Assembly: GCA_044229975.1 (NCBI GenBank)
Contig: JBGARZ010000001.1
Coordinates: 704,001-768,000 of the forward strand
DNA from: Polyangiales bacterium
Lineage (GTDB): Bacteria; Myxococcota_A; Polyangia; Polyangiales; Ga0077539
Length of the DNA: 64,000 bases
Direction of reading: 5' to 3'
The notes under the pieces are model-generated. The model was not told the origin of the DNA. It searched no databases and saw only the letters and a list, made by a program, of their open reading frames with translations. Below, piece by piece: positions 10,786 through 19,995 of the stretch; the stretch's first letter is position 1; the number at the start of each line of letters is the position of its first letter. The position numbers were made by a program, and so were the translations under genes.

Positions 10786-11181
10786 TCACTCGACGACTAC
10801 GCGCACCTCGACGTCCGCGCCGACCCCCCGCAACGCGACGGCCGCGGTCTCCGCCTCCCCGTAGTTCGCGAAGCGCCCGATCTCGCACGGCGCCGAGTCG
10901 ACGACCGCCTTCGCCTGGGCCATCGACACCGAGAGCGCGACGCGCACCCGCGCGATCAACAGCTCGCGGAAGCGCCCCACCGCGCGCAGGTCAACGACGT
11001 GCGGGAGGTAGTAGGTGCTGCCCCACTCTGCCCGGGGCGGCCCGCCGTAGGCCGCCGCGGCGCCGCCCCAGTCGTCGGGGCCATCGCCGACCGCGAGGCG
11101 CGCCCGGAGCGCTTCGACCAGCACGAGCACCTCCTCCCGCGTCAGCCCGGCGATGATGGCGGTGAGCTCCTCGACGGTCAT
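10786..11181 (-). CDS. Divergent ribosomal protein L7/L12-like protein
   Basis: N-terminal LTREEVLVLVEALRARL and C-terminal SMAQAKAVVDSAP...EAETAAVALRGVGADVEV follow the bL12 pattern. Confidence 0.65.
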   Translation of the reverse strand: MTVEELTAIIAGLTREEVLVLVEALRARLAVGDGPDDWGGAAAAYGGPPRAEWGSTYYLPHVVDLRAVGRFRELLIARVRVALSVSMAQAKAVVDSAPCEIGRFANYGEAETAAVALRGVGADVEVRVVVE

Positions 11182-11187
11182 GGTCGC

Positions 11188-11877
11188 TCAGCGCTTGAGC
11201 ACCGCGAGGATGCGCGCCTTCACCTCATCGCTCACCCACGTCGGAATCAGCTCCGCGACCGACCCCTGCGCCGCCGCGATCACGCCCTCGCGAATCGACC
11301 GCTTCGTCCCCGCGTAGGCCCCGCGCGGGTGCGCGGCCAGCGTCGCCAGCACCGCCCTCGCCCTCGCCTCGGGCTCGGCCGCCACCTCATCGAGCAGCCC
11401 CAGCCGCAGCGCCTCCGCGGGCGAGTGCAGCCCCGCGCCCAGCAGCACCTGCTCGCGCGCCGTCGACGGGATGCGCGCGTTGACGATGCCCCAGATGCGC
11501 GGCGGGAATTGCAGCCCCAGCGCCACCTCGTTGAGCCCGTGGCGGGCCTTCTCGTCGGCGCCGGACACGCGCCAGTCGCAGCACTGCGTGAGCACGCAGC
11601 CGCCCGCGATGGCGTGCCCCTCGATGAGCCCCACGACGGGCGCCGGGTGCAGGTACAGCTCGGTGATGGTGTCCTCCAGCAACACCAGGAACCGCGCCAT
11701 GCCGTCGGCGTCGAGCGAGGCCAGCTCTTTGAGGTTGAGGCCGGCGGAGAAGGTTCCGTTGGCGCCGCGCAGGAGGATGGGATCAGACCCCGCGGCCCGC
11801 ACCGCCTCGCGCAGGTTGGTCAGCACCACCGTGCTCAGGGCGTTGCGCCCGGCCCCTTCGATCACGACGTCGATCAT
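11188..11877 (-). CDS. Enoyl-CoA hydratase/isomerase
   Basis: NAL, FSAGLNL, IEGHAIAGGC, GLNEVALG, EALRLGLLDEV. Confidence 0.9.
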   Translation of the reverse strand: MIDVVIEGAGRNALSTVVLTNLREAVRAAGSDPILLRGANGTFSAGLNLKELASLDADGMARFLVLLEDTITELYLHPAPVVGLIEGHAIAGGCVLTQCCDWRVSGADEKARHGLNEVALGLQFPPRIWGIVNARIPSTAREQVLLGAGLHSPAEALRLGLLDEVAAEPEARARAVLATLAAHPRGAYAGTKRSIREGVIAAAQGSVAELIPTWVSDEVKARILAVLKR

Positions 11878-11983
11878 GGGACCGGGCGATATCACACCCC
11901 GCGCCGCAGCGCTGATGGATCACTGCTTGGGTGGTGTCCGACTTGGGACACTGATTTCTCTCCGTCTCCAAAGTAGGACAAGT

Positions 11984-12224
11984 CGCCGCGTTCACGCCGG
12001 AGTTCACCGTGCCGCCCCCGCGCCCACCGCGCTCGGTTCACTCCGGGCTATTTCACGCGGATCGCCCCGCCGAAGCGGGGCTCAGGAGGCCGAGGGCACT
12101 TCATGGTCCCTGGGCGGAGGCACGGAGCCCCGCTTCGGCGGGGCGATCCGCGTGAAATAGCCCGGAGTGAACCGAGCGCGGTGGGCGCGGGGGCGGCACG
12201 GTGAACTCCGGCGTGAACGCGGCG
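11984..12224. repeat. Palindromic element, family B: 100-bp perfect inverted arms with a 41-bp spacer
   Basis: 11984-12083 is the reverse complement of 12125-12224; each arm has an internal GCCCCGC-CGAA-GCGGGGC hairpin. Confidence 0.9.
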
Positions 12225-12265
12225 GATTCTCAACTTGGGACACTGCGCCTCAAACTCGGACACTA

Positions 12266-12790
12266 CTACTGCTTGATGAGCTCGACCTCGAGCTGGATCT
12301 TCACCTCGTCGCCGACGAGCACGCCGCCGGCTTCGATGGCGCTGTTCCAGGTCATGCCGAAGTCCGAGCGCTTGATCTTCGTCGAGGCCGAGCCGCCGAT
12401 GCGGGTGTAGCCCCACGGGTCCTTGTGCTCGCCGGTGATGTCGGTGACCGCGAGGACGACCTCGTGGGTGACGCCGTGGATGGTGAGGTCGCCCGTGACC
12501 GCGATGCCGTCACCGCTGGCCTTGGCGCTCTTCGACTTGAAGGTGATCGCCGGAAACTTCTCCACATCGAAGAAGTCGGCGCTGCGGAGGTGCGCGTCGC
12601 GCTTCTCCTCGCGGGTGTTGATGGAGGCCACGTCGAGGGACACGCTCGCCGTGGTGGCGCCGGGGTTCGCCGGGTCGTAGCTCACCTCGCCGCTGAACTT
12701 CTGAAACTCCCCGCGCACGTTGGACACCATCAGGTGGCGAACGGAAAACGCGGCGTGGGAGTGCGACAGGTCGATGACGTAGCTGCTCAT
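12266..12790 (-). CDS. YceI-family polyisoprenoid-binding protein
   Basis: HS..AFSVRHLMVSNVRGEF, RDAHLRSADFFD, GDLTIHGVT, KRSDFG. Confidence 0.93.
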   Translation of the reverse strand: MSSYVIDLSHSHAAFSVRHLMVSNVRGEFQKFSGEVSYDPANPGATTASVSLDVASINTREEKRDAHLRSADFFDVEKFPAITFKSKSAKASGDGIAVTGDLTIHGVTHEVVLAVTDITGEHKDPWGYTRIGGSASTKIKRSDFGMTWNSAIEAGGVLVGDEVKIQLEVELIKQ

Positions 12791-12969
12791 GGTGGTGCTC
12801 TTTTCTTGGGCTGACGCGCGCCAACTGCTGGCGTTCCTCTCGTCAGGCAGCGCGAACTTGGACCGTTGCTCGCCCGCGCACTACTCCCTCGAAAGGCAAC
12901 GCCACGTTGCCGCAACAGCAACACCGCCAACCCTCCCCGCAGGGCGTCGTGATAGCGTCCGACACCGCC

Positions 12970-14511
12970 GTGAGCGACGCGCCCGATCCGACCCCTACCA
13001 CGGTTTCTGCGCGGCTCCGACTGCACCTCGTGCCGTGGCTCATCGCCCTGCTCGCGCACGCGCCGGGGCTCGGCGGCGGCTTCGTCCTCGACGACGTGCG
13101 CGCCATCACCGGTCACCCCGGCGTCAACGGTCACGGCGCCCTGTCCATGGTCTTCAGCCGCACCTTCTGGGGGCAGGCGCTCGGCACTCCGCCCGCGTCG
13201 TGGCGGCCGCTCACGACGCTGTCCTTCGCCCTCGATGCGCGCGTCTTCGGCCTCTCGCCGGGGCCGATGCACGTCGAGTCGCTGCTGTGGTTCCTGGCGC
13301 TCGTGGCCGTCGCCCATCGCTTCGCGCGCGACCGCCTCGCGCCCACCGCGGCGCTGCTCGCCACCTGCCTCTTCGCGGCGATGCCGCTGCACGTCGAAAA
13401 CGTCGCCTCGCTCGTCGGCCGCGCCGACGTCATGGGCCTGCTCTTCGGGCTCATCGCCCTGCGCGCCTCTGCCACCACGCGCGGCCTCGCGCTCAGCGCC
13501 CTCGCCACCGCCCTCGCGCTGCTCTCCAAGGAGAGCGCGCTCAGCCTGCTCGGCGTGGCGGGCGTGCTCGGGTTCTTCCCGCGCGCTGGCGAGACCGCCC
13601 GCGATGGCCACAAGCGCACCGCCGTCGTCGCGGTCGTCGCCGCCCTCTACCTCGCCGCCCGCCTCCTCACGAGCGGAACCGTCGCCCGCTGGTGGGCCCC
13701 CGACGACGTCCTCGCAGGCGCCGCGCCGTGGCAGCGGGTCGTGTACGCCGTCGAGTACCTGAGCCGCGCGCTGCGTCTCGTACTGGCGCCGCTCGACCTG
13801 TGCACGGGGCGAAAGTTCGCGATGTTGTGGCGACCGTCGACGCCGCTCACGGCGCACTTCGCGGTGGGCGTGGTCTGCCTCGCGGCGGGCGCGTGGTCGT
13901 CGTGGGTGGCGTGGCGCGCGAAGAAGGCCCCGTGGGCGCTGTGCATCGCGATGACGGGGGTGATGTTCACGGGGCTCGCGTGGAAGGTGCCGGAGGCGAT
14001 GGCCGATCGGTTCTTCCTGGCGCCGACGCTCTTCCTCGCGCTGCTGGTGGCCGAGCCGACGCTCGCGTGGTGGCGGGAGGGCGGCGCGCGTCGGGCGCTG
14101 GTGGCGCTGCTGGTGACGATCAACCTCGCCGCGGCGGGGTTTCTGTCGACGCGATGGCACGACGACACGACGCTCTACGAACACTCGGTCGCGGCGTGCC
14201 CGGACTCGGCGCACAACCACTTCCGCTACGCGGGGCTGCTGGAGTCGCGGCGGGCGTACGAAGAGTCGGCGTGGCACGCGGCGCTCGCGTACGAGGCGAT
14301 CCGGCGCTTCCCTGGGCGGTGGGAACACCCCGCGGTGGAGGCCGAGGAGACGCTCCCGCCGAGGGAGCGTGTGCGGCAGATGCACCGGCTGCTGCGGGTG
14401 GAGCGGCAGGAGTTCGAGTGGCGCAACGCGGTGGCGGGCTATGCGCACCGCAACGGGATGCCGGGCGCGGCCGCGACGATCATGGCGGGGTTTGGTCCGC
14501 CGCGACGGTGA
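12970..14511 (+). CDS. TMTC-like (GT-C) membrane glycosyltransferase
   Basis: FVLDD..AI, FWG, WRPLTTLSFALD, LFAAMPLHVENVASLVGRAD, KES, ADRF; start codon uncertain. Confidence 0.75.
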   Translation: MSDAPDPTPTTVSARLRLHLVPWLIALLAHAPGLGGGFVLDDVRAITGHPGVNGHGALSMVFSRTFWGQALGTPPASWRPLTTLSFALDARVFGLSPGPMHVESLLWFLALVAVAHRFARDRLAPTAALLATCLFAAMPLHVENVASLVGRADVMGLLFGLIALRASATTRGLALSALATALALLSKESALSLLGVAGVLGFFPRAGETARDGHKRTAVVAVVAALYLAARLLTSGTVARWWAPDDVLAGAAPWQRVVYAVEYLSRALRLVLAPLDLCTGRKFAMLWRPSTPLTAHFAVGVVCLAAGAWSSWVAWRAKKAPWALCIAMTGVMFTGLAWKVPEAMADRFFLAPTLFLALLVAEPTLAWWREGGARRALVALLVTINLAAAGFLSTRWHDDTTLYEHSVAACPDSAHNHFRYAGLLESRRAYEESAWHAALAYEAIRRFPGRWEHPAVEAEETLPPRERVRQMHRLLRVERQEFEWRNAVAGYAHRNGMPGAAATIMAGFGPPRR

Positions 14512-14549
14512 TCCATTCGTGGTCCCCGACCCGTGGGCCGCTGACAGAG

Positions 14550-14738
14550 CGGGGTTGGTCGCGTCCCGCGCCTGCACCACCGAGCAAGCGAACGCAGGCG
14601 CCCCTTCGGGGCTTTCGGAAGGGCGCTTCGGTCATCCAGCAGCCGGCGCGTTGTGTTGGCCGATCGCTTCGGGAAGCCCCGGAGGGGCGCCTGCGTTCGC
14701 TAGCCCGGTGGTGCAGGCGCGGGACGCGACCAACCCCG
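14550..14738. repeat. Palindromic element, family A copy 2 (no intron)
   Basis: Arms 14550-14621 and 14667-14738 are reverse complements and match the arms of 3841-5982 (ggggttggtcgcgtcccgcgcctgcacc..gcaagcg|aa.gcaggcgcccc..ggggct); the spacer differs. Confidence 0.88.
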
Positions 14739-14819
14739 GTCCCTCAGCGGGTCATGCCCGTTGACACCGATGCTCAACCATTGGCGACGGAGCGGGTCGT
14801 TGCCCATGATGCGCGGACC

Positions 14820-15293
14820 ATGACCCACCCCACCGAAGACTTCGCCCCGACCCTCAACGCCCAGCGCGACGGCTGGAACGCTGCCATGGGCGTCCGCTAC
14901 GTCCGCGCCACCCTCGACGAGGTGGTCGCCGAGTGGACCATCGGCCCGCAGCACCTCCAGGCGTACGGCATCGTCCACGGCGGCGTGTACGCGGGCATCA
15001 TCGAGACGATCGCGTCCATCGGCGCGGCGCTCAACGCGATGCCGCGGGGACAGTCCATCGTGGGGTTGGAGAACAGCACGTCGTTCATCCGGGCGGTGCG
15101 GGGTGGGACGCTGCGGGCGACGGCGACGCCCATCACCCGCGGGCGTCGCTCGCAGGTGTGGGAGGCGACCGTCACCGACGAGGAGGGGAAGATCGTCTCG
15201 ACGGGGCGGGTGCGGCTCTTGGCGCTGGACGGGGGGTCGCCCATCGCGGGCGAGACGGTCACGGTGAAGGTGGGCGCGGCGCAGGAGGGGTGA
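14820..15293 (+). CDS. PaaI-family thioesterase
   Basis: QAYGIVHGGVY, GLENSTSFIRAV, GRRSQVW. Confidence 0.88.
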   Translation: MTHPTEDFAPTLNAQRDGWNAAMGVRYVRATLDEVVAEWTIGPQHLQAYGIVHGGVYAGIIETIASIGAALNAMPRGQSIVGLENSTSFIRAVRGGTLRATATPITRGRRSQVWEATVTDEEGKIVSTGRVRLLALDGGSPIAGETVTVKVGAAQEG

Positions 15294-15633
15294 ACGGTCG
15301 CTGGTTTTGTGTGGCTGCTGGAGACCTCACCCTCGCTGCCGCACGTCCCTCTCCCTGCCAGGTTCGCTTCGGGACACATCTCTAGAGAGAGCTCGTTTTC
15401 TCGATGGATTGAGATAGTGCAAGCCGTCACACGTCGCTGGGGTGCGGGCCAACGCCCAAACCCCAGCCCCGCAGCGGGTTGCACCCCATCGAGCAACGTT
15501 GGTTGCGCATCTCGTGGGCCGAACGAGCGGAACAAAGGGGTCGAGACTCCGCCGCGTCGCTTCGGAAGCGACTCAACGCAGGATCGAGTCCCCGGCGTGT
15601 CTGTTCGGGAGCCGTGCAGGAGGGGTCATCCCA

Positions 15634-16860
15634 TCACGGTAGCGGCAGCAGATCCTCCACCCGCACGTCGGCGTCGCGCTGATCGGTGACCACCCGGCGG
15701 CTCTGGCCCTCGGTCCCCAACAGCAACGCGTCCACCGTGTCGCGCGACATCCCGGCGACGGCGGTGCCGTCGATGGACACCACCCGCTCGCCCATCCTGA
15801 AACCGCGGTCGTACGCGTTGGTCCCCATGGGCACCTCCCCGGTGAAGATCTCGCCCGCCGCGTTGGCCACCAGGAACATGCCCACCCGGGTCATCGGGTC
15901 GCGCACATGCGACGCGTCGCGGTAGCGCCGCAGCACCACCTCGTGGGCCGGATAGTCGATGGTCGTGAGCCACGGCCGCAGGAAGTCCGCCCCGAGCAAC
16001 CCGTCGACGGTTCCGCCCACTTCGCCCGCGACGTTCGCGAGGTTGGCGGCGCTGTACCCGATCACGAGCGACCCCTCGCGCGACACGCCGAGCGCGTTGA
16101 TGCGGCGCACGCGGAAGAGCTGCTGCTGCATCGTTCCACCCTGAGCGACAACCGTGAGCGTCCTGCTGCGACGCCCGTCCGCCGTGAACGCCGCCACCAT
16201 GGCGTCGCTGATGCCGGTGCTCGCCGCGCCCGTGTCGAGGAGCATCCGCAGCCGACGCGACTCGATCTCGACGTCGACCATGAGGCGGGTCGCAGGGATG
16301 GGCACCGTCGTCCCGTTGGCGAGCCGCAGCGTGCCGCCGCCGACGAGCGTAAACGGCATCCGCACGACCTCCTCGGTGACCGCCGCGTCCGTGGGCGGGG
16401 CCCCGAGGGAGAAGCGACTCCGCTGCCAGTCCCAGGTGCTCGTGAACTGGCAGATGAGGTTGACCCCGAGCACGCCACCCACCGCAGGCGCGAGCCCGAG
16501 GGGGTCACCACCCACGATCGGAACACCCACCAACGACAGCGCCCCGAAGGCCAGCGTGGCGGTGCCGACGTTGCCCTCGGCGACGTTGGTCCCATACGAC
16601 TCGCGACGCACGAAGGTCGCCGGTGACCCGGTGTCGACGAGCATGGGCGGACCGCTGCGCCCGTCGACCGTCACCGGGACGGTGAACAGCCCGAGCAGGG
16701 GCGTCGCCATCACCGGCACGCCCATCGGCCCGTCGACGCGGCGCGCGTGGTGCCCCGGAATCGTCGTCATCATCATGTCGCTGGTCGTCGGAGGCCGATC
16801 GTCGCCACCACAACCAAACGCGCCGAGAGCCAGGAGGAGTGCAAGACCGTGAGACCGCAT
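15634..16860 (-). CDS. Lipoprotein with two aspartic protease domains and a C-terminal PDZ domain
   Basis: Lipobox-like GAFGC; LVDTGS..GVLG and LLDTGA..GLLG; GERVVSIDG PDZ-like segment. Confidence 0.8.
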   Translation of the reverse strand: MRSHGLALLLALGAFGCGGDDRPPTTSDMMMTTIPGHHARRVDGPMGVPVMATPLLGLFTVPVTVDGRSGPPMLVDTGSPATFVRRESYGTNVAEGNVGTATLAFGALSLVGVPIVGGDPLGLAPAVGGVLGVNLICQFTSTWDWQRSRFSLGAPPTDAAVTEEVVRMPFTLVGGGTLRLANGTTVPIPATRLMVDVEIESRRLRMLLDTGAASTGISDAMVAAFTADGRRSRTLTVVAQGGTMQQQLFRVRRINALGVSREGSLVIGYSAANLANVAGEVGGTVDGLLGADFLRPWLTTIDYPAHEVVLRRYRDASHVRDPMTRVGMFLVANAAGEIFTGEVPMGTNAYDRGFRMGERVVSIDGTAVAGMSRDTVDALLLGTEGQSRRVVTDQRDADVRVEDLLPLP

Positions 16861-16880
16861 GCGCGCAGTCTCGCGCGGGC

Positions 16881-18806
16881 TCACACGGTGCTGTCAAGCG
16901 CGCCGTCGCCCACGCGCACGGCGCCGGTGGCCCGGAGCACCGGGCTCCACGTCGCCGCGGACGTGAGCGCGAGCTGGTGCGACGCGCGGGTCATCGCCAC
17001 GTAGAGAGCGCGGCGCGCCTCGTCGCCGTCGGGGTACGCGCCCACGTCGCAGTCGGCGACCACCACGTGATCGAACTCCAGGCCCTTCACCTCCTGCACG
17101 CAGGTCACCTCGACGCCCGCCACGAAGCGGAAGTCCCCGCCGCGCACCAGGCGCACGAGGTCGTCGCCGCGCTTCAACAGCCCCGCCGTGCGCGCTGCCG
17201 CTTCGGGTGTGCGGCACACCACCGCGACGGACGCCTCCGGGTCGGACGCCCGCAACGCCCGCAGCGCATCGACCAACGCCGCCACCAGATGAAACGTCGT
17301 CGGCGCGCGCCACGTCGCGACGGCCTCGTCGAGCGGCGACTCGATGGGCGCCTCTCGCAGCACCGCCCGCGCGAGGGTCGTCACCGACGGCGGGCAGCGG
17401 TAGCTCACCGCGAGGCGCACCAGCTCGTGGTCGTCGGCGCCGAGCTCGCGCATGGCCTCGCCCCAACCCGGGAAGTACGCCGTCGGATCAACCTGCTGGC
17501 CCTCGTCACCTGCGACGATGAGGGTTCCGCCGGGGCGCACCGCGCGTCCGATGAGGGACAGCTCCAGCGGCGCGAACTCCTGCGCCTCGTCGAGCACCAC
17601 GCAGTCATACGCACCCGGCGACGGAGCGGGTGAGCCAGGCGTCGCGCGCAGGGCCGCGAGGGCGAAGAGCACGGCGTAGTCCTCGGGGTCGATGGCCCCG
17701 GCGTCCTCGAAGGGAGTCCCGGCGTCGAGGCGCAGACCATCGACGGCGGCGAGGCGGTCGGCGTCGACGTGGCGGTGGGACTCCTCGGTGGTGGCCGTGA
17801 ACTGCACGTTGGTGTGCTCCAGCACGCGCGTGACGACGTGCGGCCCGACGACGCCGCCCGAGGCTGCGGCGACGCGATCCATCAAGAGGCGCTCGCCGAA
17901 GAGATGCTGGAGGTCTTCGCGGTTGGCGGTCGCACCTGGTGGGCGCCCCGCACGCGTGGCCACGTCGGCGAGCGCGACGCGGAGCGCGGGGTGTCGCTTG
18001 AGGCGGTTGACGGCCGCCGCGTATCCGCTGCCCTCGCGCCGCGGAATGCCGGGAAACGCCTTGCGCGCCTGCACGGCGGCCCAGCGTTCGTAGCTCCGCA
18101 CCTCGACGTCCTCGGCGCCGAGGCGGGCGAGCAAGGTCTCGGACAGGCGCCGCAAGCCTTCGACGGGGACGAGCACCAGCGCGCGGAAGGGACGCCCGGA
18201 TTCGAGCGCACGACGACGGAGCGCGACGAGGCGATGGAGCGCGACGGTGGTCTTGCCGCAGCCGGCCTCACCGAGCGCGAGGAGCGGGCGACGGCGCGGG
18301 AGGTCGACCGCGCGGCGCTGCTCGGCGTCGAGGGCCTCGATGGTGAGGGGCGAGGCGGCGCGGGAGGTTCCGCGAGGGCGCGGACGCAGGAGCGTGAGGG
18401 CGGGGTGCGCGGTGCGACGCCACGGTCCGCCGTCGCGGCGGGTGAAGACGGCGTCGGGCGTGGCGACCTCGACGAGCGAGCCCCCGGCGAAGTGGAGGAG
18501 GGCGCGGGCGCGGAGGGTTCCGTCGAGGGTGCGGCCGTCGACGGTGAGCTCGTAGTCGTCGCCGACGGACGTCGAGAAGAACATCGACGCCAGGGGCGCG
18601 GTCTGCCAGTGCAGCACGGAGACGGGGCCGTGGATGTCGGTGCGCCAGCCGAGGAGGTGCTCGCGGGTTCGGCCCGCGGTCTCGACCTCCATCCAGCCGA
18701 AGCATGGTGTTGCCTCACCCGGTGAAGTCAGCGCCGCCTGGGCGGTGATGGCTTCGAGGTGGCGGATGAGGTGTTGTTCGCGGTCGCTGAGCGCGTCGTC
18801 CATCAC
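16881..18806 (-). CDS. SF1 UvrD/HelD-like ATPase
   Basis: GEAGCGKTTVALHR, LDEAQE, AGDEGQQ, SYRCP, VKGLEFD, LYVAMTRA. Confidence 0.88.
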   Translation of the reverse strand: MMDDALSDREQHLIRHLEAITAQAALTSPGEATPCFGWMEVETAGRTREHLLGWRTDIHGPVSVLHWQTAPLASMFFSTSVGDDYELTVDGRTLDGTLRARALLHFAGGSLVEVATPDAVFTRRDGGPWRRTAHPALTLLRPRPRGTSRAASPLTIEALDAEQRRAVDLPRRRPLLALGEAGCGKTTVALHRLVALRRRALESGRPFRALVLVPVEGLRRLSETLLARLGAEDVEVRSYERWAAVQARKAFPGIPRREGSGYAAAVNRLKRHPALRVALADVATRAGRPPGATANREDLQHLFGERLLMDRVAAASGGVVGPHVVTRVLEHTNVQFTATTEESHRHVDADRLAAVDGLRLDAGTPFEDAGAIDPEDYAVLFALAALRATPGSPAPSPGAYDCVVLDEAQEFAPLELSLIGRAVRPGGTLIVAGDEGQQVDPTAYFPGWGEAMRELGADDHELVRLAVSYRCPPSVTTLARAVLREAPIESPLDEAVATWRAPTTFHLVAALVDALRALRASDPEASVAVVCRTPEAAARTAGLLKRGDDLVRLVRGGDFRFVAGVEVTCVQEVKGLEFDHVVVADCDVGAYPDGDEARRALYVAMTRASHQLALTSAATWSPVLRATGAVRVGDGALDSTV

Positions 18807-18828
18807 CCTCTATGGGAGGACGCGCTAG

Positions 18829-18916
18829 CGGAGAGAGTGGGATTCGAACCCACGGTACCCTTTTGGAGTACACCGCATTTCCAGTGCGGCGCCTTCGACC
18901 ACTCGGCCATCTCTCC
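18829..18916 (-). tRNA. tRNA-Ser(GGA)
   Basis: GGAGAGA acceptor stem, anticodon arm CCGCA-CTGGAAA-TGCGG, long variable arm, GGTTCGAATCC; CCA not encoded. Confidence 0.95.
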
Positions 18917-18964
18917 CAACGGCGTCGGTCGCGGGGACCGACGCCGGGAACTTCTATGATTGAG

Positions 18965-19049
18965 CGGAGAGCAAGGGATTCGAACCCTTGGTACCTTTCG
19001 GCACACCTGATTTCGAATCAGGCACCATCGACCACTCGGACAGCTCTCC
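18965..19049 (-). tRNA. tRNA-Ser(CGA)
   Basis: GGAGAGC acceptor stem, anticodon arm CCTGA-TTCGAAA-TCAGG, long variable arm, GGTTCGAATCC; CCA not encoded. Confidence 0.95.
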
Positions 19050-19081
19050 GCCGCGGAAACTACGAAAGCCCCCCTACCGTG

Positions 19082-19543
19082 TCAACGCCGAACCCCACGA
19101 CGTGCACGGAAGAACGCCCGGAGCACCTCCGCACACGCCTCAGCCTCGACTCCGCCCACGACTTCGTAGCGGTGATTGAGCCGCGCGTCCTCGCCCAACC
19201 GGTAGAGCGTCGCGACGCCGCCCGCCTTCGGATCGTCGCAGCCGTACACCACGCGCCCGATTCGCGCGTTGACGAAGGCCCCCGCGCACATCACGCACGG
19301 CTCCAACGTCACGTACGCGGTCACCTTCTCCAACCGCCACGTCCCGAGCGTCGTCGCTCCGGCGCGCATCGCGACCACCTCGGCGTGCGCCGTCGGGTCT
19401 TCCAGCGCCTCGCGGAGGTTGTGCCCGCGCGCGAGCTCGACGCCGTCCGCGCCCACGAGCACGCAGCCCACCGGAACCTCTCCCACTGCGGCCGCCGCTG
19501 CCGCCTCGGCGAGCGCGACCTGCATCCAGTCGGAGTCGGTCAC
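19082..19543 (-). CDS. tadA: tRNA adenosine(34) deaminase
   Basis: GEVPVG, DPTAHAE, TLEPCVMCAGA, LNH, FFRARR. Confidence 0.93.
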   Translation of the reverse strand: MTDSDWMQVALAEAAAAAAVGEVPVGCVLVGADGVELARGHNLREALEDPTAHAEVVAMRAGATTLGTWRLEKVTAYVTLEPCVMCAGAFVNARIGRVVYGCDDPKAGGVATLYRLGEDARLNHRYEVVGGVEAEACAEVLRAFFRARRGVRR

Positions 19544-19995
19544 CGGTCGAGTTCGCGGCGGATGTTGTAGACGCCCATGGCCTCGGCCACGGACTGATCG
19601 GGGTCGCTCGCGTGGTAGGCGCGGATGGAGGTCACCCCCATGCGGTTGCCCACGCGGCGGATCTTCGCCTCGGCGTAGAGGTCTTCCAGTCGGCCGGGGC
19701 GGAGGTAGTCCACGCGGATGTCCACCGTCGAGACGCGGTCGCCCACCGCGAGCTCGCTGAACACCGCCGCCCCCCCAGCGGTGTCGAGCACCGTCGCGAT
19801 GACGCCGCCGTGCAGCGCCGGTCGAAACGGGTCGCCCACCAGCTCGGGCTTGAAGGGCAGGAGCAACGTGGCCGTGCCCCGCTCCAGCGACACCAGCCGC
19901 AGACCGAGGTAGCGGTTGAAGGGAATCTCCTCCGCGAAGAACCTCTCGATCGACCCGCGCACCTGCGGATCCAGCACCGTCAGCGACTCGCCCAT
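19540..19995 (-). CDS. PaaI/hotdog-fold thioesterase
   Basis: PFNRYLG, LVG...ALHGGVIATVLDTAGG, STVDIRVDYLRP; 4-bp overlap with tadA. Confidence 0.88.
   Translation of the reverse strand: MGESLTVLDPQVRGSIERFFAEEIPFNRYLGLRLVSLERGTATLLLPFKPELVGDPFRPALHGGVIATVLDTAGGAAVFSELAVGDRVSTVDIRVDYLRPGRLEDLYAEAKIRRVGNRMGVTSIRAYHASDPDQSVAEAMGVYNIRRELDR

Noticed and set aside
18829..19049. tRNA-anchored prophage or genomic island
   Set aside because: No integrase, and I saw no duplicated tRNA 3' end in the window; the same applies to tRNA-Arg at 63505
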